Shown one piece after another: positions 15,901 through 24,757 of a stretch of 61,231 nt of DNA. The DNA comes from a virus. Taxonomy: Duplodnaviria; Caudoviricetes. Numbering within the stretch: the first letter of the stretch is position 1; each line of letters begins with the position of its first letter. Location of the stretch: positions 1-61,231 of the IMG/VR virus record IMGVR_UViG_3300030202_002195; one strand, 5' to 3'. The notes under the pieces are model-generated. The model did not search any database, was not told where the DNA came from, and saw only the letters and a list, made by a program, of their open reading frames with translations. The position numbers and the translations under genes are program-made.

Positions 15901-17161
15901 TGGTATATCAGTAAGTGCAAACACTGGATCTATAAATATATCAAACACTGGTGTAACAAGTCTATCAGCTGGCGCTGGAATATCTTTAGACGCAAGCACT
16001 GGAGCTGTACAGATTAGCGCTACTGGTGGCGGAGGAGCAATGTCTTCTTGGAATTTAACTGCTGACTCTGGAGGAACACAAAGCATTACTGACGCAGAGT
16101 ATGTAAGTATAGAGGGCGGAACCAATATAAGCACTAACCTTTCTGGTACTGGTACCCTTGGAGATCCTTATGTTATAGAAATAAATTCAACAAGTGTTAT
16201 ATCAGGAACACTAAACTATATAGCTAAATTTACTGGAGCAACAACAGTTGGCAATAGTAAAATGTTTGACAATGGAGTTTCTGCCGAACCTATAGGTATA
16301 GCTACTAATGACGTAAGTAGAGCGGGTTATGGAATTTCTATGGGTGAAAATATGTTTGGTATTGAGATGGATCTCGCTACTGGTACTTCGTTTGTTGTTT
16401 TACAAAAAAATGCTACATCTGATTTATATAATAATAAATTTGGTCTTAATAATATATTAATAGCACCTGAAGGGTTGCTCACTGCGAACCCAACAGTACC
16501 TGGAGAGTTTGCATACAATGTTGTTATAGGAAGCGAGGTAGCTCAAACTATGACTACCGAAACAGATAATGTAATTATCGGATATAGAGCTGGCTGCGGT
16601 ACTAACGGTACTCAGTATGGTAGTGTTATTATAGGCTCAAGAGCTGCGGAGAATGCAAACTTTGGCGCTGGGCTAAACTCTACAGCCAGCGTTGTTATAG
16701 GTCGTGGAGCTGCTCAGAATGCTACTGGAGGTAACAAACAAGGATTTATTGTTATAGGTGATCAAGCCTGTAATTCAGGAGTAGGTGAAGGCGCTGTTGT
16801 TATTGGAACAAACGCTGCCGCAACAAGTGGAGACACAGCTTCATCTGTTATAATAGGAGACAATAACCTCGCCACTTTTACTGGATCTGCTCAAAATAGT
16901 GTTGTAATAGGTACTGAGAATCAAAATACAGGAGGATCTGGGACAGCTATCAGTTGTATAATTATTGGTACGAATAACGATAGTTATTACTCAGACTCTT
17001 TATTGTTAGGACAAGATGTAGTAAATAACGCAGGAGCTGGAACTGTTCATATAGGTTCTTCGGGACATAATTTAGGTTCTGTAAATACTCAAACAAACAC
17101 CTCTTCAAAATATTGGGAAGTCTTTATAAATGGACAGCCTCAGAAAATACTATTAGCATAA
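12932..17161 (+). CDS. Long tail fibre (1409 aa)
   Basis: Gly/Thr-rich; LQQVLDNGN, GQVLTS...W and MSSW repeats; C-terminal V.IG..A repeats. Confidence 0.85.
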   Translation: MAKIENTTVYPTVTPSAEDLLIATDVSNNNETVTFLVSDLLGQSTLQGLQSVLDVNNTAIQNMNLTGNATFNGTIIPTTITAGGGVGLAGQVLTSTGIGLQWSNVALNQNLQQTLDNGNSATGVNMDIDAGVINVTNGGVVLDNASYLTVGGVSNLNSDVNLSTTLNFAATTTLNDSTGAVGTPGQVLTVDAAGTGVVWSSAAGTIPTWQQVLNAGNTANNIGVVMTGNGNFSTSSTNTMTLGSANTYSGTNTFNSTVEINGTLEDGAGNFGTAGQILAVNSAGTGVEWVNAASSTSPTLQIVLDNGNTAVQNINLTGTIDLTGSLYFQSASTINAGGTVGTNGQVLTSTGGGLTWSNVSVNPTLNDVLTNGNTSAQSIVLTGSSTITVPTLIPTYIQDNSGATGSSGQVLSVNSGGLLEWTSVSGSSVTSVTAVAGATSTGNPLTISPTTGLVTVASNAYGGAANVGHVPSGGLVGQYLDGTGAWVNIPSGGGTMSSFDITDGAANTQTINDGNTISFLVGTPAFSAGTGLTATVSATDTLTLVNTGITNITGSADISVTIGADGQAALSFTGGGGSMSSWNIGDNSSTSSITNGDTVNIIGGTGITSTLSGDDITLSTAAVLTEAVATGVSTGNPLAASITTNNLQLTSFSYAGGSNVGYVPTGGTAGTVLAGDGTWVANEAGLASFNIAGDTGSDIVNETDNTLSILGTAPISTAVTATNNVTVSHDTSGVVAAAYSYPSSVTVTAEGHVSAITAGTAPGTMSDWKLGASSPSATYANIQDGNYVLFAEGAGITTVRSGTGSSFDPDQILITNTGVLDITGGSGISASASTGSVTLTNDGVLSLTTTDGTYIDLTPDAATSGAVVVTADLSATGTADATTFLRGDNTWATPTLAGNVVNTITSSDGNITVTGDGGGPFTGDITLTYSGPTGTMSSWDLNTDSGGPNTTISNGALVQVLGGTGITTSHAAATVTIENDGVLDLTAIGAGISVSANTGSINISNTGVTSLSAGAGISLDASTGAVQISATGGGGAMSSWNLTADSGGTQSITDAEYVSIEGGTNISTNLSGTGTLGDPYVIEINSTSVISGTLNYIAKFTGATTVGNSKMFDNGVSAEPIGIATNDVSRAGYGISMGENMFGIEMDLATGTSFVVLQKNATSDLYNNKFGLNNILIAPEGLLTANPTVPGEFAYNVVIGSEVAQTMTTETDNVIIGYRAGCGTNGTQYGSVIIGSRAAENANFGAGLNSTASVVIGRGAAQNATGGNKQGFIVIGDQACNSGVGEGAVVIGTNAAATSGDTASSVIIGDNNLATFTGSAQNSVVIGTENQNTGGSGTAISCIIIGTNNDSYYSDSLLLGQDVVNNAGAGTVHIGSSGHNLGSVNTQTNTSSKYWEVFINGQPQKILLA

Positions 17162-17165
17162 TAAA

Positions 17166-17300
17166 ATGGAAATTAAATTAAACGAAAATCAAATCAATCA
17201 AATCAACAAATTATTACAAAGCCTACCGATAAGTCATTTAGAAATAGTTCAAGAGATTAGTGCTATAATGAATCAGGCCATTGTTGATAATAAAAAATAA
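17166..17300 (+). CDS. Small protein (44 aa), probable fibre assembly chaperone
   Basis: MEIKLNENQINQINKLLQSLP... directly after the fibre gene. Confidence 0.6.
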   Translation: MEIKLNENQINQINKLLQSLPISHLEIVQEISAIMNQAIVDNKK

Positions 17301-17306
17301 AATACA

Positions 17307-17525
17307 ATGGATATTAGAAAGATTTCTATTGGCGCTGACTACAAGGACAACGCCATGCACTACATAGTTGGTCAAGATGTTTTAGGAGGAAAGTATAAGA
17401 TACACTTGATTCAAGCAAAAGAAAGCGGATACAAGATTTGGATTATAAAAGATGAGGCGGTATATTTGTGGAAAGAGTTTTTGTATACTCTTCCAATATC
17501 TGTTGAATTTAATATAAACTTCTAA
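17307..17525 (+). CDS. Hypothetical protein (72 aa)
   Basis: ORF in operon. Confidence 0.75.
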   Translation: MDIRKISIGADYKDNAMHYIVGQDVLGGKYKIHLIQAKESGYKIWIIKDEAVYLWKEFLYTLPISVEFNINF

Positions 17526-18088
17526 TGAAATCCCCATATCAATTTATCGTCAAGCCTGTTAAAGGTAAACGATACGACAACACTAAAGAAATAGGAGATG
17601 TTGACTTTATTGTAAGTTCATCTCAAGAGGATCACAAAGTTTCAAATAGATTTGCTGAGGTTGTTTCAACACCCATTATGTATACAGGACCTATCAGTCC
17701 TGGAGATATTTTACTGGTTCACCATAATGTATTTAAGTTTTACTACGATATGTATGGTAGGCAAAAAAGCGGAAGAAGTTATTTTAAAGATGACTTATTC
17801 TTTATAGATTACGATCAGTTCTTTTTGTTTCACAATGGAGAAAAGTGGAGTGCTCATGGAAAGTATTGTTTTATTAAACCTGTAGAAACTAAAGAATCGT
17901 TTTTATATAAGGGAACAAAAGAAGAACCACTTATGGGTGTGGTAAAATACATCAATCAAGAGTTGATAGACAAAGGAGTTAAGGAGGGAGACGAAATAAG
18001 TTTTGAGCCAGAAAGTGAATACGAGTTTACTGTAGATGGAGAGAAGTTGTATCGAATGTTTACTAACAATATTACAATGGTATTATGA
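17525..18088 (+). CDS. Tandem GroES-like co-chaperonin
   Basis: Two units: FIVKP...AEVV...PGD.LLV and FIKP...GVVK...VKEGDEI.F...F.VDGEKLY.M. Confidence 0.65.
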   Translation: MKSPYQFIVKPVKGKRYDNTKEIGDVDFIVSSSQEDHKVSNRFAEVVSTPIMYTGPISPGDILLVHHNVFKFYYDMYGRQKSGRSYFKDDLFFIDYDQFFLFHNGEKWSAHGKYCFIKPVETKESFLYKGTKEEPLMGVVKYINQELIDKGVKEGDEISFEPESEYEFTVDGEKLYRMFTNNITMVL

Positions 18089-18660
18089 TATATACTCTTG
18101 ATGATTTTGTAGATAAAGATCTTTTTCAGATAGCTGAAAATTATTTAAACGATGGTCCTTTTCAAAAGCATGTGTCTGGCGGAAAGGATTTTTATGTAAA
18201 AGAATCTCCTGTTGAGTTTGATGAATATGTATTAAACAAACTGTCTAACATTGAAGGAAAAAAGTTAGACAACATATTAAGCTTCTTTAGGGAGTCAACA
18301 GATGAGCTTGATGTTACTTGGAGAATACATTCAGACTTGAATATAAAAGGACAGAAGCCTGATAGAGCTTTAGTTTTGTATATGTCACCAAGAGAAAGAG
18401 AAGACCTTCATGGTACTGCTTTATGGGAACATGAAAGGTATGGAAGAGAGCTTCCAAAAGATATAACCAACGAAGAGTATGATCGTATGATAAGTATAGA
18501 CGCAGAGAATCTGGATATGTGGAGACTTAGTTCTGTTATAGGTTATAATCAAAACAGATTGGTTTCATATCCCTCAAGCTACTTTCATAGTAAGTATCCT
18601 AATAAATCTTGGAAGGAAGGAAGAAGAGTTTATGTAATGTTTTATAAGTATGGACAGTAA
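18085..18660 (+). CDS. 2OG-Fe(II) oxygenase (DUF6445-like)
   Basis: IHSD...GTALW...NRLV.Y....FHS...R...VMF. Confidence 0.8.
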   Translation: MIYTLDDFVDKDLFQIAENYLNDGPFQKHVSGGKDFYVKESPVEFDEYVLNKLSNIEGKKLDNILSFFRESTDELDVTWRIHSDLNIKGQKPDRALVLYMSPREREDLHGTALWEHERYGRELPKDITNEEYDRMISIDAENLDMWRLSSVIGYNQNRLVSYPSSYFHSKYPNKSWKEGRRVYVMFYKYGQ

Positions 18661-18928
18661 AGAAATAAAATTAGAAATTATACAGGCAGGAGAAAAGGCT
18701 GTAAGACAGCTGGTAAAGGTTGCTAAAGAAAATATAATCAAACCAGATCCTGATGACGAGCTGGCTGCTGATAGATTAAAGAATGCAGCTGCAACTAAGA
18801 AGCTTTGTATATTTGATGCTTTTGAAATATTAAAAAGAATCGAAGAAGAGAAGGCGTTGTTAGAGGGAGGAACAATAGAGGTAAAGTCAAGTAAACCAAA
18901 GGGATTTGCAGAGTCAAGATCAAAATAA
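18650..18928 (+). CDS. Probable terminase small subunit
   Basis: Helical 92 aa directly upstream of and overlapping TerL. Confidence 0.55.
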   Translation: MDSKEIKLEIIQAGEKAVRQLVKVAKENIIKPDPDDELAADRLKNAAATKKLCIFDAFEILKRIEEEKALLEGGTIEVKSSKPKGFAESRSK

Positions 18929-21155
18929 TCTATATACAACATTAAAAGATGTTGTGCCAAAGGCTGTCGTTTCTAACAAAAATAGAGCGAAGTCTTGGAG
19001 GTATGGTTATGACCCGAAATATGATATTGTAGTAATATCTAAAAGCGGTGAGATCGGTGAGGTTATTAATGTAAATGGACTGAAGATTGCTTTACCTAAA
19101 GCGCCTAAAGAGGTGCACAAAATATCTTCTAAAAAACAAGAACAATACTGGGAGCCTTTTGAATATCCAAAAGAACTTTCAAGAATAAAATCTATATTCC
19201 AGTGGCACGAAACCCCAGATCAATTCAAGTCTAAATGGGTAGACTATATAGAACAAGAGTTTGATCGCAGGGAGTATGGTTTCTGGTTTATGAACAATGG
19301 CGTACCAACTTACATCACTGGTACGCATTATATGTATTTGCAATGGACTAAAATTGATGTGGGTCATCCTGACTTCAGAGAGGCGAATAGAATATTCTAC
19401 ATATTCTGGGAAGCCTGTAAGGCTGATAAAAGAAGTTTCGGAATGTGTTATCTTAAGATAAGGCGTTCTGGTTTTTCATTTATGAGTTCAAGTGAGGGTG
19501 TTAATATGGCTACTATTACTAAAGATGCCAGAATAGGAATACTTTCTAAAACAGGTTCAGATGCAAAAAAAATGTTCACAGACAAAGTTGTCCCAATATC
19601 AAACAACTATCCGTTCTTCTTTAAACCGATACAAGACGGTATGGACAAACCGAAAACAGAATTGGCATATCGTGTCCCAGCTTCAAAAATTACAAAGAAG
19701 AATATGTACGAGATCGAAGAGGCTGAGTTAGAGGGTTTGGATACAACTATAGACTGGAAGAACACTGGAGATAACAGTTATGACGGTGAAAAACTTAAAC
19801 TACTACTTCACGATGAAAGTGGTAAATGGGAGAAGCCTGATAATATATTAAACAACTGGAGGGTAACTAAGACATGTTTGAGGTTAGGTAGAAAGGTTAT
19901 AGGAAAGTGTATGATGGGTTCTACATCAAACGCTTTAGATAAAGGAGGTAATAACTTCAAGTCTTTATATATGGACTCTGATCCAACTAAACGTAACTCC
20001 AACGGACAAACTAAAAGCGGTCTGTATAATTTATTTATTCCAATGGAATGGAATATGGAAGGATTTATAGATAGGTATGGTGCTCCTGTTCTCAAGACAC
20101 CTGAAGAGCCTGTGATTGGTATTGATGACGAATACATAGACATGGGGGCTATTGATTACTGGGAGAATGAAGTAGAGTCTTTAGCTCAAGACCCTGACGC
20201 TCTTAATGAATATTATAGACAGTTCCCAAGAACAGAGTCACACGCTTTTAGAGATGAAAGTAAACAATCTATATTCAACCTAACAAAGATATACCAACAG
20301 ATAGATTACAATGATTCTATAAACCTTAAACACCATTTGACACGTGGTTCTTTTCATTGGAAAGATGGAATCAAAGACTCCGAGGTTATATGGACACCAA
20401 GGAAAGACGGTAGGTTCTTAGTTAGCTGGACTCCTGAAAAAGGAATGAGAAACAGAGTTCAAACAAGAAACGGTATTAAGTATCCAGGGAATGAGCATCT
20501 TGGTTCTTTTGGCTGTGACTCTTATGATATATCTGGAGTTGTTGTTGGTAAGGGTTCAAATGGAGCTTTACACGGAATGACTAAGTTTAATATGGATAAC
20601 GCACCAAGTAATCACTTTTTCTTAGAATATATTGCAAGACCACAGACTGCAGAAATATTTTTTGAGGAAGTATTGATGGCTTTAGTTTTTTACGGTATGC
20701 CTATACTGTGTGAAAACAACAAGCCTCGTTTACTCTATCATTTAAAAAATAGAGGGTATAGAGGATACTCTATGAACAGACCAGATAAAACATATAACAA
20801 ACTTTCTAAAACAGAAAGAGAATTAGGAGGTATACCTAACACATCGGAAGATGTAAAGCAGTCCCACGCAGCCGCAATAGAATCCTACATAGAGAAGCAT
20901 GTGGGGATGGATTTTACAGAAGACTATAGGGATGCTGATGATATGGGCGAGATGTATTTTAACAGCACTTTACAAGATTGGGCTAAGTTTGATATAAGCA
21001 ATAGAACTAAATTCGATGCAGCTATTAGTTCGGGTCTTGCGATAATGGCGAATCAAAAACACTTATATACACCTTCTAAACAAAAATCAAAAATAAGTAT
21101 TAACTTTGCAAAATACGATAATAAGTCGAGCATTAGTAGAATAATTAATAGATGA
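18906..21155 (+). CDS. terL: Terminase large subunit
   Basis: KIRRSGFS Walker A variant, LLHDESGK Walker B, GCDSYD nuclease; start (TTG) uncertain. Confidence 0.9.
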   Translation: MQSQDQNNLYTTLKDVVPKAVVSNKNRAKSWRYGYDPKYDIVVISKSGEIGEVINVNGLKIALPKAPKEVHKISSKKQEQYWEPFEYPKELSRIKSIFQWHETPDQFKSKWVDYIEQEFDRREYGFWFMNNGVPTYITGTHYMYLQWTKIDVGHPDFREANRIFYIFWEACKADKRSFGMCYLKIRRSGFSFMSSSEGVNMATITKDARIGILSKTGSDAKKMFTDKVVPISNNYPFFFKPIQDGMDKPKTELAYRVPASKITKKNMYEIEEAELEGLDTTIDWKNTGDNSYDGEKLKLLLHDESGKWEKPDNILNNWRVTKTCLRLGRKVIGKCMMGSTSNALDKGGNNFKSLYMDSDPTKRNSNGQTKSGLYNLFIPMEWNMEGFIDRYGAPVLKTPEEPVIGIDDEYIDMGAIDYWENEVESLAQDPDALNEYYRQFPRTESHAFRDESKQSIFNLTKIYQQIDYNDSINLKHHLTRGSFHWKDGIKDSEVIWTPRKDGRFLVSWTPEKGMRNRVQTRNGIKYPGNEHLGSFGCDSYDISGVVVGKGSNGALHGMTKFNMDNAPSNHFFLEYIARPQTAEIFFEEVLMALVFYGMPILCENNKPRLLYHLKNRGYRGYSMNRPDKTYNKLSKTERELGGIPNTSEDVKQSHAAAIESYIEKHVGMDFTEDYRDADDMGEMYFNSTLQDWAKFDISNRTKFDAAISSGLAIMANQKHLYTPSKQKSKISINFAKYDNKSSISRIINR

Positions 21156-23584
21156 AAGCAGTAACAGTAGAAGTAAATGCTGCTGCGTTTCCTGATCAAT
21201 ATGTTTCGGACGCTAAGAAGGCTACGAAAGAATATGGACTTCAGATAGGTCAGGCAATCCAGTATGAGTGGTTTAGAAGAAGCGGACAACAGTGTCGTTT
21301 CTATGACCAATGGAGAGAGTTCAACAGATTAAGATTATACGCAAGAGGCGAACAATCTGTTGCAAAGTATAAAGATGAGTTAGCTGTTGACGGAGATTTA
21401 TCGTATCTAAACTTGGACTGGACACCAGTTCCAATCATCCCTAAATTTGTTGATATAGTTGTGAATGGAATGTCAGACAGATTGTTTGACGTTAAGTGCT
21501 TTGCTCAAGACGCAATGTCTGCTGAGAAAAGAAATCAGTTCCAGACTATGGTTGAAGGCAACATGATTGCTAAACCATTATTCCAGCAAATCGAAAAAGA
21601 CTTTGGTATTAATGTGTTTGAGGTTGCAGAAGACCAGCTTCCAGAAAGTGATTTAGAGCTTGAGTTGTTTATGCAAATGAACTATAAGCCAGCTGTAGAG
21701 ATTGCTGCAGAGCAGGCTATCAATACAATGCTTGAAGAGAATCATTACGAAGATGTTAGAAAAAGATGTGATATGGATATTACAACTTTAGGTCTTGGTA
21801 TTGTAAAGCATGAGTTCCAAATGGGCGATGGCGTTAGGGTAAAGTATGTAGACCCTGCTAATGTTGTATACAGTTATACGGAAGACCCTCAGTTTAAAGA
21901 TTGTTTTTATTGGGGTGAAATCAAAACAGTTCCAATGACGGAGCTTTTAAAAATAAACCCAGACCTTACGAATGATGACTTAGAGGAAATATCTAAGTAT
22001 AGTCAGTCGTGGTATCAGTATTACAATGTACCACAATATAATAACAGTATGTTCTCAAGAGATACTGTTACCCTTATGTTCTTTAACTACAAGACAACTA
22101 ACAAGTTTGTTTACAAAAAGAAAGAAGTTGGGGATGGAAGTTTTAGAGTTGTAGAAAAGGATGACCAGTTCAATCCTCCACAAGAGATGATGGACGAGGG
22201 TAAGTTCGAGAAAGTAGAGAAGACCATTGATGTTTGGTATGATGGCGTAATGGTTATGGGTACCAACTTTATTCTTAAGTGGGAGCTTATGAAGAATATG
22301 GTGAGACCAAACTCAGCTAATCAGTTTGCATTTCCTAACTATATAGCTACAGCTCCAAGAATGTATAAAGGTGTTCCTGAATCTTTGGTTAGAAGAATGG
22401 TTCCTTTTGCTGACTTAATACAAATGACACACCTAAAGATACAACAGGTGGTTTCACGAGTTGTTCCTGACGGTGTATTTATAGATGCTGATGGACTTAA
22501 CGAGGTTGATCTCGGAGAGGGCGGAGCATACAATCCAGAAGATGCTTTACGACTTTACTTCCAGACTGGTAGTGTTGTTGGTAGAAGTTACACTCAGGAT
22601 GGCGAGTTTAATAACGCCAGAGTTCCAATCACACAATTAACAGCTAATAGTGGTAATGGCAAAATGCAAATGCTTATATCTAATTACAACCACTATCTAA
22701 ATATGATTAGATCGGTGACGGGTCTTAACGAGGCTCGTGATGGTTCTACTCCCGACCCCAACTCTTTAGTTGGTATACAAAAATTAGCTGCGTTAAATTC
22801 AAACACAGCCACAAGACATATATTAGAAGGCAGTCTTTATCTAACCAGAACTTTAGCAGAGTGCTTAGCTATAAGAACAGCTGATGTTTTAGAGTATGCA
22901 GACTTCAAAGATGAGTTTGCTATGCAAATTGGTAAATATAATATGGGTCTATTAGAGGATATAAAGAACTTATATCTGTATGACTTTGGTATATTTATAG
23001 AGGTTGCTCCAGATGAAGAAGAGAAACAAATGCTTGAGCAAAACATTCAGATGGCATTATCTCAAAAGGATATTAGTTTGGAGGATGCTATAGATATTAG
23101 AGAGTTGAAGAATATTAAAATGGCTAACCAACTCTTGAAAGTAAAAAGAAAGCAAAAGCAGGAGCAGGAGCAACAGCAGAAGGCTACTGAAATGCAGATG
23201 CAACAACAAAACAATATGCAGTCTCAACAAGCCGCAGCTCAGGCAGCTATGCAAAAGATGCAAGCTGAAGCTCAATCTAAGATACAGGTTAAGCAGGCTG
23301 AGATTGCTTTTGATATTGAGAAGCTTAAAAATGAAGCTGCATTAAAGCAGCAATTAATGCAGTTGGAGTTCCAGATGAATATGCAACTTCAAGGAATGAC
23401 ACAACAGCAGATGGATAAGAGAGAAGAAATGCGTGAAGATGGTAAGTCTAAAAGAATTAGTCAAGCCAACACGGAGCAATCTAAACTTATTCAGCAGAGA
23501 AAAAATAACACAGCTCCAATAAACTTTGAATCAAACGAGGATAGTTTAGATGGTTTTGATCTTGCGGAATTTAACCCAAGATAA
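21152..23584 (+). CDS. Portal protein
   Basis: 810 aa after TerL; PIIPKFVDIVVN, Gln-rich barrel tail. Confidence 0.85.
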   Translation: MKAVTVEVNAAAFPDQYVSDAKKATKEYGLQIGQAIQYEWFRRSGQQCRFYDQWREFNRLRLYARGEQSVAKYKDELAVDGDLSYLNLDWTPVPIIPKFVDIVVNGMSDRLFDVKCFAQDAMSAEKRNQFQTMVEGNMIAKPLFQQIEKDFGINVFEVAEDQLPESDLELELFMQMNYKPAVEIAAEQAINTMLEENHYEDVRKRCDMDITTLGLGIVKHEFQMGDGVRVKYVDPANVVYSYTEDPQFKDCFYWGEIKTVPMTELLKINPDLTNDDLEEISKYSQSWYQYYNVPQYNNSMFSRDTVTLMFFNYKTTNKFVYKKKEVGDGSFRVVEKDDQFNPPQEMMDEGKFEKVEKTIDVWYDGVMVMGTNFILKWELMKNMVRPNSANQFAFPNYIATAPRMYKGVPESLVRRMVPFADLIQMTHLKIQQVVSRVVPDGVFIDADGLNEVDLGEGGAYNPEDALRLYFQTGSVVGRSYTQDGEFNNARVPITQLTANSGNGKMQMLISNYNHYLNMIRSVTGLNEARDGSTPDPNSLVGIQKLAALNSNTATRHILEGSLYLTRTLAECLAIRTADVLEYADFKDEFAMQIGKYNMGLLEDIKNLYLYDFGIFIEVAPDEEEKQMLEQNIQMALSQKDISLEDAIDIRELKNIKMANQLLKVKRKQKQEQEQQQKATEMQMQQQNNMQSQQAAAQAAMQKMQAEAQSKIQVKQAEIAFDIEKLKNEAALKQQLMQLEFQMNMQLQGMTQQQMDKREEMREDGKSKRISQANTEQSKLIQQRKNNTAPINFESNEDSLDGFDLAEFNPR

Positions 23585-23601
23585 GGTGTTTAAATAATGT
23601 T

Positions 23602-23609
23602 TAACTTTG
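23602..23609 (+). promoter_or_regulatory. -7 promoter element
   Basis: TAACTTTG before the scaffold gene. Confidence 0.55.
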
Positions 23610-23624
23610 TAAAAATTAAATTAA

Positions 23625-24737
23625 ATGGAAATTAAAGTAAAAGCACTTGAAGGCGCTGAGCAAAAGTCAGTAGCTGAAGTAGAAGAAAAACTACTAAAAG
23701 AGCAAGAGGAAAAAACACAAGAAGCACCAGCAGTAGAGGAAACTCCTGTAGCAGAAGTGAAAACTGAAACTACAGAAACTGTACAACCGACAGAGGAAGT
23801 ACAAGAAGCTGGTCTAAAAGATGAAGATGTTCTATCTTATATTAGAGATAGATACAATAAAGAGATTACATCTGTGGATGATTTGTTTACTCAGAAAGAG
23901 TCTAACGAGGAGCTTCCAGAAGATGTAAAAGCGTTCTTTGAATATAAAAGAGAGACAGGCAGAGGCATGGATGACTTCGTAAAGCTGCAAAGAAATTACG
24001 ATGAAATGGATGCTTCTGACTTGCTAACTCAATATTACTCAGCTACTGAAGAAGGATTGGATGCTATAGACATTCAAGACATTATTGATGATAAGTTTGG
24101 GTATGATGAAGATCTTGATGATGAAAAAGACATTAAGAAAAAGAAGTTAGCACAAAAAAGAGAACTTGTAAAAGCGAAGAAGTTCTTTGAAGATCAGAAA
24201 GATAAATATAAAATTCCTCTTGAGTCAAGTGGGAGTGGGTTATCAGAAGATGTTCAGGAAGAAATGAATCGCTATAAGAGTTATATAGATGAGTCTAAAA
24301 CTGCTAAAGAGCAAACCAAGAAAAGGTATGACTATTTCCTACAAAAAACCAATGAGGTTTTTAACGATGAGTTCAAAGGTTTTGAGTTCGAAGTCGGAGG
24401 AAGTAAAGTTATATTTAAACCTGGTGATTCGAAAGAATTAAAAAGCTTACAGTCTGATGTAAACAACTTTGTTGGAAAGTACATGGATAAGGAGACAGGC
24501 TTGATGAATGATCCGAAAGGATACCATAGAGCTATGGCTGCTGCCATGAATCCAGAGAAGTTTGCTCAGTTTTTTTACGAGCAAGGCGTTGCCGCTGCTG
24601 TTGACAATGTATCTAAGAAATCTAAGAACATTGATATGGTAAGGTCAGCACCTCAAACCGTAACTAAAAACGGAACAACAATCAGAGCTATAAGCCCTCA
24701 AAGTATGAATGGACTCAGAATTAAAAGTAAAAAGTAA
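23625..24737 (+). CDS. Capsid scaffolding protein
   Basis: Acidic helical protein between portal and capsid. Confidence 0.7.
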   Translation: MEIKVKALEGAEQKSVAEVEEKLLKEQEEKTQEAPAVEETPVAEVKTETTETVQPTEEVQEAGLKDEDVLSYIRDRYNKEITSVDDLFTQKESNEELPEDVKAFFEYKRETGRGMDDFVKLQRNYDEMDASDLLTQYYSATEEGLDAIDIQDIIDDKFGYDEDLDDEKDIKKKKLAQKRELVKAKKFFEDQKDKYKIPLESSGSGLSEDVQEEMNRYKSYIDESKTAKEQTKKRYDYFLQKTNEVFNDEFKGFEFEVGGSKVIFKPGDSKELKSLQSDVNNFVGKYMDKETGLMNDPKGYHRAMAAAMNPEKFAQFFYEQGVAAAVDNVSKKSKNIDMVRSAPQTVTKNGTTIRAISPQSMNGLRIKSKK

Positions 24738-24757
24738 TTATTAAAAAATTTTAGAAA

